A stretch of DNA of 64,000 nt from an uncultured bacterium (lineage in GTDB: Bacteria; Patescibacteriota; Minisyncoccia; UBA6257; GWB1-50-10). The stretch is taken from contig CAVRNT010000001.1 of NCBI GenBank assembly GCA_963722655.1, positions 98,612-162,611 of the forward strand, given 5' to 3'. A program made the position numbers and the translations under genes. Position 1 is the stretch's first letter, and each line of letters starts with the position of its first letter. Below the pieces are notes generated by a model. That model worked only from the letters and a program-made list of their open reading frames with translations. It did not search any database and had not been told where the DNA came from. Shown here in pieces: positions 27,908-36,947 of the stretch.

Positions 27908-28306
27908 ATGCAAATGGGTTTCGCGATCCCCTCGAAAGGCAAAAAACATCGAGGTGAATCGGACGGCGACAAGCAAAAGCCGAGAGAGGTTCTTAACGTT
28001 GAGGTGGTTGGGCCGAAAGGCAGACAAAAACTATTCATCTCCGTTAGCATGGAGAACGGTGGTCTGATAGCAGACGCCGAAGGTGTCTTGATCGACGGCT
28101 TGATCTCTAAAGAATTCACAACCGGACAAAGCGGAATTTATGTCCACGAAGTTAAGTTCGATGGAAACGAACCAACTCGCGTTATCAGAGTTAAAATTGG
28201 CGATGGACCGATTCATAACTGGGAATCAGTCATTATGAACACAAAACCGCCGCGACTTCAACTAAGTCCAATAACAGCCGAACTAGAAAGGAGGTTTCCC
28301 GTATGA
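27908..28306 (+). CDS. Hypothetical protein (gene 2 of 3-gene operon)
   Basis: 132 aa from the ATG after RBS AGGAGG (MQMGFAIPSKGKKHRG...); the stop of gene 1 overlaps this region; no recognised motif. Confidence 0.35.
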   Translation: MQMGFAIPSKGKKHRGESDGDKQKPREVLNVEVVGPKGRQKLFISVSMENGGLIADAEGVLIDGLISKEFTTGQSGIYVHEVKFDGNEPTRVIRVKIGDGPIHNWESVIMNTKPPRLQLSPITAELERRFPV

Positions 28307-28872
28307 ACCTGAAATCGATTTGGCAATGGATCATTACATTCGGTGGTGATGTCCTCGCCGCCATTTGGGGCAGTAAGCTTGCTGCCGAAGATGGTAACAA
28401 ACCTGTTGGTGGTGCAAGCCCGGGTAAGATTCTTGGAGGATACCTCCAAGAAAAACTAGCCGAAAAGCTTGATCGCGGCACTCTACTCCATGAACTTCAT
28501 ACCATAAACGCTGATACCCAAGGCGGCATCCAGAAACTTATGGAACTCTACCTCGAACTCCAGGTGAAACACGTCATCTTCGTCGGGAATCAGGCCTACA
28601 CGGAAGACGAACTGGGGTTGATGCTTATGCAGATACCAGTAGATGAACGTAGCACGGAGTATGTTATTTTGAACGACGTGCTTGTAGAACAGGGCCGTGA
28701 AGCCTTATTCTCTCAATTGGAAATACTGCGCAACAACAAGCTCCAACAAAAACTCGAAAAATTCGACGCCGTGGCCAAAAAGAAGATCGGCGAAGTTGCG
28801 GAGCCGATTAAAAATGCGGCCCGCAAGAACAGGGAGAACAAGGGCTATGTCATCCCTTCATACCTCGAATAG
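28303..28872 (+). CDS. Hypothetical protein (gene 3 of 3-gene operon)
   Basis: 189 aa; start overlaps the gene 2 stop (ATGA coupling); no recognised motif. Confidence 0.4.
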   Translation: MNLKSIWQWIITFGGDVLAAIWGSKLAAEDGNKPVGGASPGKILGGYLQEKLAEKLDRGTLLHELHTINADTQGGIQKLMELYLELQVKHVIFVGNQAYTEDELGLMLMQIPVDERSTEYVILNDVLVEQGREALFSQLEILRNNKLQQKLEKFDAVAKKKIGEVAEPIKNAARKNRENKGYVIPSYLE

Positions 28873-28893
28873 GTAGTTGTAATCATTCAAAAA

Positions 28894-28922
28894 CCCGCTT
28901 CATCGGAAGCGGGTTATTATTT
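28894..28922 (+). terminator. Rho-independent terminator CCCGCTTC-atcg-GAAGCGGG + TTATTATTT
   Basis: Perfect 8-bp stem, 4-nt loop and T-rich tail, read directly. Confidence 0.7.
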
Positions 28923-28949
28923 GACAAATTACATATATTATGCTAATAT
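28921..28949 (+). promoter_or_regulatory. Sigma70-type promoter TTGACA-17nt-TAATAT
   Basis: Read directly; lies upstream of the membrane-protein gene at 29027. Confidence 0.45.
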
Positions 28950-29026
28950 TCACCCAGTTTCTCATAATAGAAAATTAGTGGGATTGATAGAAAAACCTAA
29001 ATAAACCCTTAATAAGGAGGTCTAAA

Positions 29027-30109
29027 ATGCTTTCCGAATTGCTGAAAATGATCGCCTCTATCGGCGACAAGCCGGTGGTCGATTTTGTCGATATGGCGAG
29101 AAAGCTCGCCTTCATCAAAAAACCGCAAGAGCGATCGGTTTGGTCTGTGTATCTTCAGGCGTTGCTACGCTATGCCCTAGCGATTACCATCGCTCCGATG
29201 GTGTTGCTGGCCATAGGCATCGCAACCGACTGGAACTGGTTGATTGGGATCGTCGGCGTATTTTGGTCAATCTGCACTATCTTGATCTTCGTGATTGCCG
29301 CGCCTGTCGGGGTCCTAATTGAAATGATTGCTGACTACCCTTCCGGATTCGGTAAGAATTATGTCCATACGGTCGGTAAGGTGCTGGCCATGGAAACAGC
29401 GTTTGCTTTCGGCGCAATGATCGTTCCTGTCGGCAATAATCCGAATATTTTGCCGGTGGCGATCGTCGCGGTGATACTGCTCGCTTGGTTTTCTTGGTCT
29501 GGATCACAGGTGATAAAGGGTAAGAAGCCGAATAAGTTGGCAACGAAGCTCGTTGGCTCGGTCCTGACTATCACCATACTCGCTTTCTTCTTTCCGAATA
29601 TCCTTCCGGTCGGAAGTAGTTGGATTCGTTGGGCAAACGAAAAAGTCTTGGATCTTAAAAAACCAGGACTTCCTCTCGCTCCGTTGGCCACTAGCCAAGC
29701 CGAACTGAACCAAGCGATAGCGCAGGCGCAACAAACGCAGAGCCCAATGCCTCCGGGAATGCAGGCAAACGTGTCTGCACAACCGATACAGCCGGCGGAT
29801 ATCCGTTTCGCTGGCAACGAGACATCAAAGGATGTTCCCTACACAACCGCCAGATGCACTCCCTGGGTTTATCTTCCCAGGACCACTGGTAGCTGGTCTA
29901 CGGATTTGACCCCCGCTCTTACTACACCAGGACAATCGATATCCATCTATTGTCTTGATGGTAGGAAGTTCACGAGGACGTACGATCATAATCCGGTCAT
30001 CTACCCAACACCTCAGGCCATCTCCATCGTCGGGGATAACTGCGAGGGGACGGCGACGATAAACATCCTACGTCTAGGTCATGGACAAGTGGCAATGTTG
30101 AGCCACTAA
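29027..30109 (+). CDS. Polytopic membrane protein with C-terminal extracytoplasmic Cys-containing domain
   Basis: 360 aa; 5-6 TM helices in the first 200 aa, then a Gln/Pro-rich linker and a C-terminal domain with 4 Cys; RBS AAGGAGG. Confidence 0.45.
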   Translation: MLSELLKMIASIGDKPVVDFVDMARKLAFIKKPQERSVWSVYLQALLRYALAITIAPMVLLAIGIATDWNWLIGIVGVFWSICTILIFVIAAPVGVLIEMIADYPSGFGKNYVHTVGKVLAMETAFAFGAMIVPVGNNPNILPVAIVAVILLAWFSWSGSQVIKGKKPNKLATKLVGSVLTITILAFFFPNILPVGSSWIRWANEKVLDLKKPGLPLAPLATSQAELNQAIAQAQQTQSPMPPGMQANVSAQPIQPADIRFAGNETSKDVPYTTARCTPWVYLPRTTGSWSTDLTPALTTPGQSISIYCLDGRKFTRTYDHNPVIYPTPQAISIVGDNCEGTATINILRLGHGQVAMLSH

Positions 30110-30174
30110 GTCCAAGTTCATCGAGCGCGAGCTCGGCGGGCGCGAGAAAACAAAACCTCGCGCCCTTTTATTTT

Positions 30175-31512
30175 CTAAATTCCGTACGTGTATGGGGCGA
30201 CAATAAGAAATCCTGTGACGGTCAAAACCGCTATCGCGATGAGCGCGAGGCGCGCGGCGAAGTCGTTTTTCTCAATCAGCTTTCCGACGAAGATTCCGGC
30301 GAGGGCGATGGCGAAAAGCAGCGCCGGGAAGTAGTGATAGAGAAATGTGGCGCGATGGACAATGGTGAAAAACGGCATGAGACAAAAAATATAACCGACC
30401 ATAAGAAGCAAGGCCGGTTTCATTTTTTCGTCAAAAAATCGCTTAACCCCGCTTTTGATCGTGAGCCAAAGCGCACCGATGACCGCGGTCGTCGAGGCGA
30501 GCCAGACGAACGGATTGCCGACGAGAACGATCCGCTTCGTGAATTCCATTGGTTTCCACATAAAAGGCCAGGCGTACCACGGGCTCATTAGTGGGTGAGA
30601 GGCCCCGCTCGTGTAGCCGGTTACCATTAAAAGTCCATTAACTATTACCGCTTTGACCGCCGCAATCGTCCGCGGAACGTTTTGATAAGCCCCGGTGATC
30701 TTTTGGAGTATCGGCCAGCCGAAAAGCCCAACGTCATAGCTTAAATACGCATTCGGGCGGGCGACGATACCACTCAAGCCTAATTCGGCAAAAACGAGCA
30801 CGATGAGCGCGGCGACGGCGAACTTCCAGAAAACGCTCTTAACGTCCTCTTTCGGGATTCTCGACCAGCCAATTAAAAGTGCAGCGACGATCGGGCCGAT
30901 AAAAACTATCGCCGTGAGCTTAACACTCAAAGCAAGGCCGAAAAGCAGTCCGGCAACGGTGGGTCGCGGTCTTTCTTTGAGAAAAAAATAGAGGGACCAT
31001 AGACCGAAAGCAATGTACATTCCGTCCATTAGGACCAGGCGAGTGTCCAAAAGTAGCGCGTTTTCGAATATCAAAAGGAACGTGCCGGCGATGGCGGCAA
31101 TGGGGCCGGCGAGCGCTCGTACGAGAAGATAGAAACCGGCGATCATCAGCAGGCCGAAAAGGACGCTGACGACTCTTAGGGGAACATAGGGGAATTGGCC
31201 GTACGGCACCGGGTTATAGTTGGTTTGGAGATTATCCGTCGCGACATTGTGATTGAAAGTAACATAATCGGCACCGGCCAAATCCACCCGCGGATAGAAG
31301 AGAAGCGGCAAAGCGTAGATCCATTTACCGAGGGGTGGATGGACATCGAAAAATATTTTTCCCGTAGCGTTATCAGCGGCGTAGGTCGTAAAATAGGCCT
31401 CGTCAAAGACCGGTTCGGCTGGCAAGACGATGCGATAGAGATGCAGAAAGGCGCTTAGAAGGACCAAAAAAATAAAAGCGACTGTTTCATATCGCTTCAA
31501 AAAATCCGCCAT
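30175..31512 (-). CDS. GT-C family glycosyltransferase (GT39 PMT / ArnT-like)
   Basis: 445 aa, polytopic; N-terminal loop carries EPVFDEAYF, consistent with the DE motif of PMT/ArnT-type GT-C enzymes. Confidence 0.6.
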   Translation of the reverse strand: MADFLKRYETVAFIFLVLLSAFLHLYRIVLPAEPVFDEAYFTTYAADNATGKIFFDVHPPLGKWIYALPLLFYPRVDLAGADYVTFNHNVATDNLQTNYNPVPYGQFPYVPLRVVSVLFGLLMIAGFYLLVRALAGPIAAIAGTFLLIFENALLLDTRLVLMDGMYIAFGLWSLYFFLKERPRPTVAGLLFGLALSVKLTAIVFIGPIVAALLIGWSRIPKEDVKSVFWKFAVAALIVLVFAELGLSGIVARPNAYLSYDVGLFGWPILQKITGAYQNVPRTIAAVKAVIVNGLLMVTGYTSGASHPLMSPWYAWPFMWKPMEFTKRIVLVGNPFVWLASTTAVIGALWLTIKSGVKRFFDEKMKPALLLMVGYIFCLMPFFTIVHRATFLYHYFPALLFAIALAGIFVGKLIEKNDFAARLALIAIAVLTVTGFLIVAPYTYGI

Positions 31513-31515
31513 ATT

Positions 31516-31836
31516 TTATTGCGCCTTGATGACGTTGGTGACTATCGTCTGGACGCCGCTTGCTAGAAGCGCCACGGCCGCCGCGATCACGGCGTAGAGG
31601 ATAATCCTCTTCGCTTTGGTAATCTTTTCGTCGTCGCCGCCGGCCGTGACGAAAAGTATCGCCGCCCAGATGAGCATCCCGACCGCGATTATCCAAAAGA
31701 TGCCAAAAAGGTAGTTCACCCAGTTATTGAGGGTGTTTTTAACGTCCGTAATCGATGTAATGGGCGGTGTTTGAGCGGCGGCGATCGCTGGGAGGAAGAA
31801 AACCGTGAGTGCGCCGAGCGTCTTTTTGATCATCAC
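31516..31836 (-). CDS. VirB2/TrbC-like pilin paralog 1
   Basis: 106 aa; signal peptide ending AIAAAQ, then helix-AGGDDEKITKAKR-helix. Confidence 0.55.
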   Translation of the reverse strand: MMIKKTLGALTVFFLPAIAAAQTPPITSITDVKNTLNNWVNYLFGIFWIIAVGMLIWAAILFVTAGGDDEKITKAKRIILYAVIAAAVALLASGVQTIVTNVIKAQ

Positions 31837-31901
31837 TTTTATAATACAACTTTATGTAAAAAAACAAACCCCGCTTGGCGGGGTTTGTTCATCGATCGAT
31901 T

Positions 31902-32261
31902 TTAGGAGGTTGAACCAAGCAAGAGCCGTGTGACAATCGCTTGTAGACCGGTCGAAAGGAGGGCGATGGCCGCCGCGATGATCGCGCCGATAACGCGCTT
32001 CTTCGCTTGGCCGATCTTTTCTTCGTCGCCGCCAGCCGTGAGGTATAGGACCGCCGCCCAGATCAGGAATAATACAGTGATTATCCAGAAGATGGTGATG
32101 AGCCAGTTGATGATGTTGGTCAAACTGCCCTGCGCTTGGCCCAAGGATGTAATCGGGGCCACCGCCGTGATTCCCGGCGGTTGCTGAGCCAGCGTCGCGA
32201 GCGGCGTGACGATGGCCATCGTCATTACCGCAACGCTCACGATTTTTTCGAATTTCGTCAT
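31902..32261 (-). CDS. VirB2/TrbC-like pilin paralog 2
   Basis: 119 aa from the internal Met (MTKFEKIVSVAVMTMAIV...LTAGGDEEKIGQAKKR...); the 210-aa ORF-track version has an implausible Arg-rich extension. Confidence 0.5.
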   Translation of the reverse strand: MTKFEKIVSVAVMTMAIVTPLATLAQQPPGITAVAPITSLGQAQGSLTNIINWLITIFWIITVLFLIWAAVLYLTAGGDEEKIGQAKKRVIGAIIAAAIALLSTGLQAIVTRLLLGSTS

Positions 32262-32293
32262 TTCGGTAGGTTGTGCTTTGTAAGCTCGACCTT

Positions 32294-32701
32294 TTATTGA
32301 CTTAACAGACTTTGGATGATGGAAGTTATCCCCCAACCGATAAGAATTATAGCATAGCCGATGACGGCGTAAAGAACAGTCCTTTTGCCCGTCGCGAACT
32401 TCTCCTCGTTTCCGGCGGCGGTCACCATTTGTAACGCCCCTATAATAATCATACCGACTGCAATCGGTGTCGCGATGATCCATAACCAGTGGACGATGGA
32501 TTGTATGAGTCCTTCTACGGTGCCGTTCTGGCAATTGGTGCTCCCGCTCGTGCAGAGAGGGTTAAGTAAGGAAATTGCTGTGGGACCAGGCGAAAGTGGC
32601 CCAGCTTGGGCTAAAACAGTCGATACACCGGTACCAACCGCTAAGACACACAAAGCTCCACTTAGTCCCAAAACAATCAATTCTCTTCTCATTCGTTTCA
32701 T
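32294..32701 (-). CDS. VirB2/TrbC-like pilin paralog 3
   Basis: 135 aa; signal peptide, Cys pair (CTSGSTNC), then helix-AAGNEEKFATGKR-helix. Confidence 0.5.
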   Translation of the reverse strand: MKRMRRELIVLGLSGALCVLAVGTGVSTVLAQAGPLSPGPTAISLLNPLCTSGSTNCQNGTVEGLIQSIVHWLWIIATPIAVGMIIIGALQMVTAAGNEEKFATGKRTVLYAVIGYAIILIGWGITSIIQSLLSQ

Positions 32702-32702
32702 T

Positions 32703-33140
32703 TTAGCACTGAATTTGGGCCCACGGGAAGTCCAGCCGGCCGGTCAGGACCTGGAAGAGCGTGTTCACAATGAGCCACCCGCAGAGGATGATGATGAGGC
32801 CGATGATCGCGCTCGTCATTATCTTTCTCGCCTCGCCGAAGTTGCTCTCAGAACCGAAGGAGACCATCATCCGGATCGCGCCGTAGACGATGAAGACGAC
32901 GGCGATGATTATCCCGAGGGGTACCGCGATGTTGTTTATGATGTTCCCGGCGACGATCACGGCATCGCAGGTCGAGCAGCCAATCGTGGAAGTGCCGGTC
33001 GTCGCGTTGCAGGTCTGGCCGCCCTGTCCCGTTCCCTGCCAGATGTTGAAGCTGAAGTTCGGCATCGCGGCCGAGGCCGTTTGGGCGAGAGCGCTGGAAA
33101 CGGCGATGATGGCGAAAGCGACGATTAAAATTTTATGCAT
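32703..33140 (-). CDS. VirB2/TrbC-like pilin paralog 4
   Basis: 145 aa from the internal Met (MHKILIVAFAIIAVSSALAQTASA...); Cys-rich mature N-terminus; helix-FGSESNFGEARK-helix. Confidence 0.5.
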   Translation of the reverse strand: MHKILIVAFAIIAVSSALAQTASAAMPNFSFNIWQGTGQGGQTCNATTGTSTIGCSTCDAVIVAGNIINNIAVPLGIIIAVVFIVYGAIRMMVSFGSESNFGEARKIMTSAIIGLIIILCGWLIVNTLFQVLTGRLDFPWAQIQC

Positions 33141-33157
33141 TTCAATATTGGGGAGGT

Positions 33158-34468
33158 TTAACCTCCTATGTTCTGCGCGAGCTGGTAGATCTGGTTTTGA
33201 GCTTGAGTCAGAGCCGCTTGAACAGTCGTTTGGCCCGTGAGGACACTCTGGATCGTTTGAGAAAGGATCTGGGCATCGGCGGCCGGGTCGGCCTCGTACC
33301 ACGACTTCGCGATCAGGGCCTGTCTCGCGAAAGCGCTCAAGGTCGGGTCGCTTTCCTCATTATATATCACCTGGTTCAGGGCTGGTGGCTTGCCGGTCGC
33401 GGTCACGTAGGCGGCGGCGTTCGTCTGGTTCGTCGTCATATCCAGAATGAGGGTCCAGGCGAGAGCGGCGTGGGTGCTCTGTTTGGAGACGACGTAAGCC
33501 CAGTAGTTCGGGTAGGCCGCCACGACTCCGTTTTTGACCTGCGGCACCGGTACCGTCTCGATGTCGAGGAAAGGCTTCTGCGACTTTATCTGCGGAATGG
33601 CCGATTCGTAGTCGAAGATCATCGCTGTTTTGCCTTGGGCGAGGGCGTCAACTGGGTCGGGGAGCGTCGAGCTCCAGGTATAAACGGACGAGTTCGGTGA
33701 GCCGAACTGGACGTAGAACTGAAGGGCGTTCTGAGCCGCTTGGGAATTGAGGTTGAAGTTACCCGCGCGCGAGTCCAGGGCGACGCCGTTCTGGATCAAG
33801 AGAAGCGCCAGAAGATCGGAGGCGCGGGGAACGCTGTCGTTCGGGCCGCCGATCGCCGCCGCCGCTTGAATGATGTTCCCGGCCGCGTCCTTTTGCGTGA
33901 GCTTCGGGACGTTCGCCGTGAAATCGTCCCAACTCTGCCAGGTCGATGGGAGCGGCACGCCGGCCTGGTCGAAGAGCGAGCGGTTGTAGATCAAGGCGAG
34001 GGTGTCGATCGAGAGCGGCAGGCCGTAGACCTGACCTTGAGAAACGAAGTCCTGGACCACGACGGGCGGGAAAAGTTGTTGCAGGTTGAGGAGTGCGAAC
34101 TGGGTCTGGGGAACGGGCGTGATCTTGTTCAAATTTGGCTGGAGGTCCGTGTTCGGGACCATAAAGATGTCCGGTCCTTCGTTCGCCGCGAGGGCGTTCA
34201 AGACGGCCGCCTCGTACGTCTTAGCGTCGGGGAAGCTCCGGTAGTTCACCGTGACGTTCTTATATGTCTGGTTGAAACTTTGGATGGCGGCACCATAGGC
34301 CGATGACGGGTCGCCGACGCCCCAGAAGTTCAAAGTCGCCTTGATGTTCTGGGGGTTCGTCTGCTGATTTTGAAGTCCTGGCAGGATGCCGATGAAGACC
34401 AAGGCGAATATCAAAACCACGCCGCCCCCGACAGCGATCATTATGATTTGATTGTGAGAGAATTTCAT
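33158..34468 (-). CDS. ABC transporter extracellular solute-binding protein (family 1, sugar-type)
   Basis: 436 aa with N-terminal TM/signal anchor and SBP_bac_1-like composition; no cognate permease or ATPase in the window. Confidence 0.6.
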   Translation of the reverse strand: MKFSHNQIIMIAVGGGVVLIFALVFIGILPGLQNQQTNPQNIKATLNFWGVGDPSSAYGAAIQSFNQTYKNVTVNYRSFPDAKTYEAAVLNALAANEGPDIFMVPNTDLQPNLNKITPVPQTQFALLNLQQLFPPVVVQDFVSQGQVYGLPLSIDTLALIYNRSLFDQAGVPLPSTWQSWDDFTANVPKLTQKDAAGNIIQAAAAIGGPNDSVPRASDLLALLLIQNGVALDSRAGNFNLNSQAAQNALQFYVQFGSPNSSVYTWSSTLPDPVDALAQGKTAMIFDYESAIPQIKSQKPFLDIETVPVPQVKNGVVAAYPNYWAYVVSKQSTHAALAWTLILDMTTNQTNAAAYVTATGKPPALNQVIYNEESDPTLSAFARQALIAKSWYEADPAADAQILSQTIQSVLTGQTTVQAALTQAQNQIYQLAQNIGG

Positions 34469-36916
34469 TTAAAGGCAAACTATGCCCACTAACTTATCCC
34501 CCTTCTCCAGGTTCATGATCTTCACTCCCTGGGTCGCGCGGGAAAGGACGCGAATGTCCTTCAAGGCCGTCCGAAGGGCTTGGCCCTTGGTCGAGAAGGC
34601 GAGCACCTCCGTTGTCGCGTCGTCCACGATGTGGGCGCCGATCACTGGACCGGTCTTTCCAGTGATTTTCGCGGTCTTGATGCCCGAGCCGCCGCGCTTT
34701 TGGACCTTGTACTCCTTGAGGAGCGTCTGCTTGGCGAAACCGTTCGCCATCACGGCGACCAACCTCCCCCTTTCCGCATCCTCTTTCTTTATTATATCAA
34801 GCCCGCTCACCATATCCCCCTTGCCGAGGCGCATGGCCTTCACACCCGAAGCGCCGCGGCCCATCGCCCGGATGTCCTTTTCCTTGAAACGGATGGCCTG
34901 GCCGAGGGCCGAGGAGATGATGATCTGGTCCTCCCCGCCCGAGAGCCGGACCCAACCCAGCGAGTCCCCCGCCGTAAGCTTGATGGCGATGATGCCGTTC
35001 CGGCGGACGTTGCCGAAGTCGCTCAAAGCCGTCTTTTTGACGATACCTTCCTTCGTGACCATCACGAGGAAGTTCTTGCCGCTCGCGAGCTCGTTCGAAT
35101 AAGCCACGATTGCGCTCACCTTTTCCGTCCCCGGCATCTCGAGGAAGTTGTAGATCGCCCGGCCCTTCGCGGTGCGGCTCGCGACCGGGATCTCGTAGAC
35201 CTTGGTCTGGAAGACCTTGCCTTGGTTGGTGAAAAAGAGGATGTTGTCGTGCGTGTTCGCGGAAAGGAACTGATAGATCAAGTCCTCCTCCTTGAGGTCG
35301 AAGCCGATGAGGCCTTTGCCGCCGCGCTTCTGGACGCGGAAGGTGTCAGGCGGCATCCGTTTGATGTAGCCGTCCTGGGTCAAAGTGATGAGCGCCTCTT
35401 CGGAAGCGATCAAATCCTCCTCCTTGAACTCCTTGAGACCGCTCGCGACGATCTTCGTCCGGCGGCCCTCCGGGAAGGTTTTTTGAAGAAAGGCTAGGTC
35501 CTCCTTGATGATCCCGAGGATCTTCTTCGGCTGTTTCAAAATAAGCTCCAGTTCGGCGATGAGCTTCCGCTTTTCCACGAGCTCGTCCTCCAGTTTCTGG
35601 TGTTCAAGGGCGGCCAGGGTCTGGAGGCGCATCTCGAGGATCGCGTCCGCTTGGAGCGCCGTGAGCTTGAAGCTCTTCATCAAGTTCTGTTTTGCGTCCT
35701 CGCGGTCCTTTGATCTCTTGATGGTCGCGATGACCTTATCGATGACGTCCAAGGCCCTAACAAGACCTTCCAAGATGTGCTCGCGCTCCTTAGCCTTCTT
35801 GAGATCGAACTCGGTCCGGCGGCGGATGACGATCTTCCGGTGCTCCAGGTAAGCCGCAAGCACTTCCTTGAGCGAAAAGATCTGCGGCTGGATGCCGTCC
35901 ATAAGGGCCAGCATGTTCAAATAGAAGTTCTTCTGGAGCTCGGTGTACTCGTAGAGCTGGTTCAAGATCTTCTGGGGCGCGGCATCGGATTTGAGCTCGA
36001 CGACGATGCGCAATCCTTCGCGGTCGGATTCGTCCCGGAGGTCGCGGATGCCGTCGATCTTCTTCTCGGTCACGAGCTCTGCCATTTTGGTGATGAGGTC
36101 GGATTTGTTCACTTGGTACGGGATCTCCGTAATGATGATCTGGAAAGCGCCGGACTTGCGTTCCTCGACCTCGGCCTTGGCCCGCATTGTGATAGAGCCC
36201 TTGCCGGTCGCGTAGGCCTCTTCAATGCCCTTTTTGTTGTAGATCACACCACCAGTCGGGAAGTCCGGTCCGGGCAGGAACTCCATCAGCTCTTTGACGG
36301 AGGCGTCGGTATGGTCGATCAAATAGGCCGTCGCGTCGGCGACCTCGCCCAAATTGTGGGGCGGGATGGACGTCGTCATGCCGACCGCGATGCCGGAGGC
36401 GCCGTTCAAAAGTAGGTTCGGGAGCTTGGCCGGGAGGTAGCGGGGTTCATCGCGCGTCGCGTCATAGTTGGGTTGCCACTCCACGGTCTCCTTCTCGATG
36501 TCCTGGAGCATCTCCTCGGCGATCTTCGAGAGGCGCGCCTCGGTGTAACGCATCGCGGCGGGGCTGTCGCCGTCAATCGAACCCCAATTCCCTTGGCCGT
36601 CGATCAACGGGTAACGCAAAGAGAAGTCCTGGGCCATTCTGGCCAAGGCGTCGTAAACCGAAAGGTCGCCGTGGGGATGGTATTTGCCAAGCACTTCGCC
36701 GACGACGTTCGCTGACTTCTTGAACTTCGCCGCGTGGGTGAGGCCCGAGTCCCACATCGCCCAGAGGATGCGCCGCTGGACGGGCTTCATGCCGTCGCGG
36801 ACGTCCGGCAGGGCGCGCGAGACGATGACGGACATAGCATAGTCCAAATAGGATTCCTTGAGCTCCGCCGTGATCTCCCGGTCCTTGATGTTCTCCTTTT
36901 TGATGTCGTCCTCCAT
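34469..36916 (-). CDS. gyrA: DNA gyrase subunit A
   Basis: 815 aa with active-site region [18 protein letters not shown] and a C-terminal beta-pinwheel. Confidence 0.9.
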   Translation of the reverse strand: MEDDIKKENIKDREITAELKESYLDYAMSVIVSRALPDVRDGMKPVQRRILWAMWDSGLTHAAKFKKSANVVGEVLGKYHPHGDLSVYDALARMAQDFSLRYPLIDGQGNWGSIDGDSPAAMRYTEARLSKIAEEMLQDIEKETVEWQPNYDATRDEPRYLPAKLPNLLLNGASGIAVGMTTSIPPHNLGEVADATAYLIDHTDASVKELMEFLPGPDFPTGGVIYNKKGIEEAYATGKGSITMRAKAEVEERKSGAFQIIITEIPYQVNKSDLITKMAELVTEKKIDGIRDLRDESDREGLRIVVELKSDAAPQKILNQLYEYTELQKNFYLNMLALMDGIQPQIFSLKEVLAAYLEHRKIVIRRRTEFDLKKAKEREHILEGLVRALDVIDKVIATIKRSKDREDAKQNLMKSFKLTALQADAILEMRLQTLAALEHQKLEDELVEKRKLIAELELILKQPKKILGIIKEDLAFLQKTFPEGRRTKIVASGLKEFKEEDLIASEEALITLTQDGYIKRMPPDTFRVQKRGGKGLIGFDLKEEDLIYQFLSANTHDNILFFTNQGKVFQTKVYEIPVASRTAKGRAIYNFLEMPGTEKVSAIVAYSNELASGKNFLVMVTKEGIVKKTALSDFGNVRRNGIIAIKLTAGDSLGWVRLSGGEDQIIISSALGQAIRFKEKDIRAMGRGASGVKAMRLGKGDMVSGLDIIKKEDAERGRLVAVMANGFAKQTLLKEYKVQKRGGSGIKTAKITGKTGPVIGAHIVDDATTEVLAFSTKGQALRTALKDIRVLSRATQGVKIMNLEKGDKLVGIVCL

Positions 36917-36947
36917 TGTGAAATATTAAATATTTAATGTTTAAACA

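Noticed and set aside
31902-32534. 210-aa version of pilin paralog 2 with an Arg/His-rich N-terminal extension.
   Set aside because: The extension (MPERHRRRTHTIHRP...) is compositionally implausible and overlaps the upstream gene region. The internal Met at 32261 gives a signal peptide plus pilin, like its neighbours.
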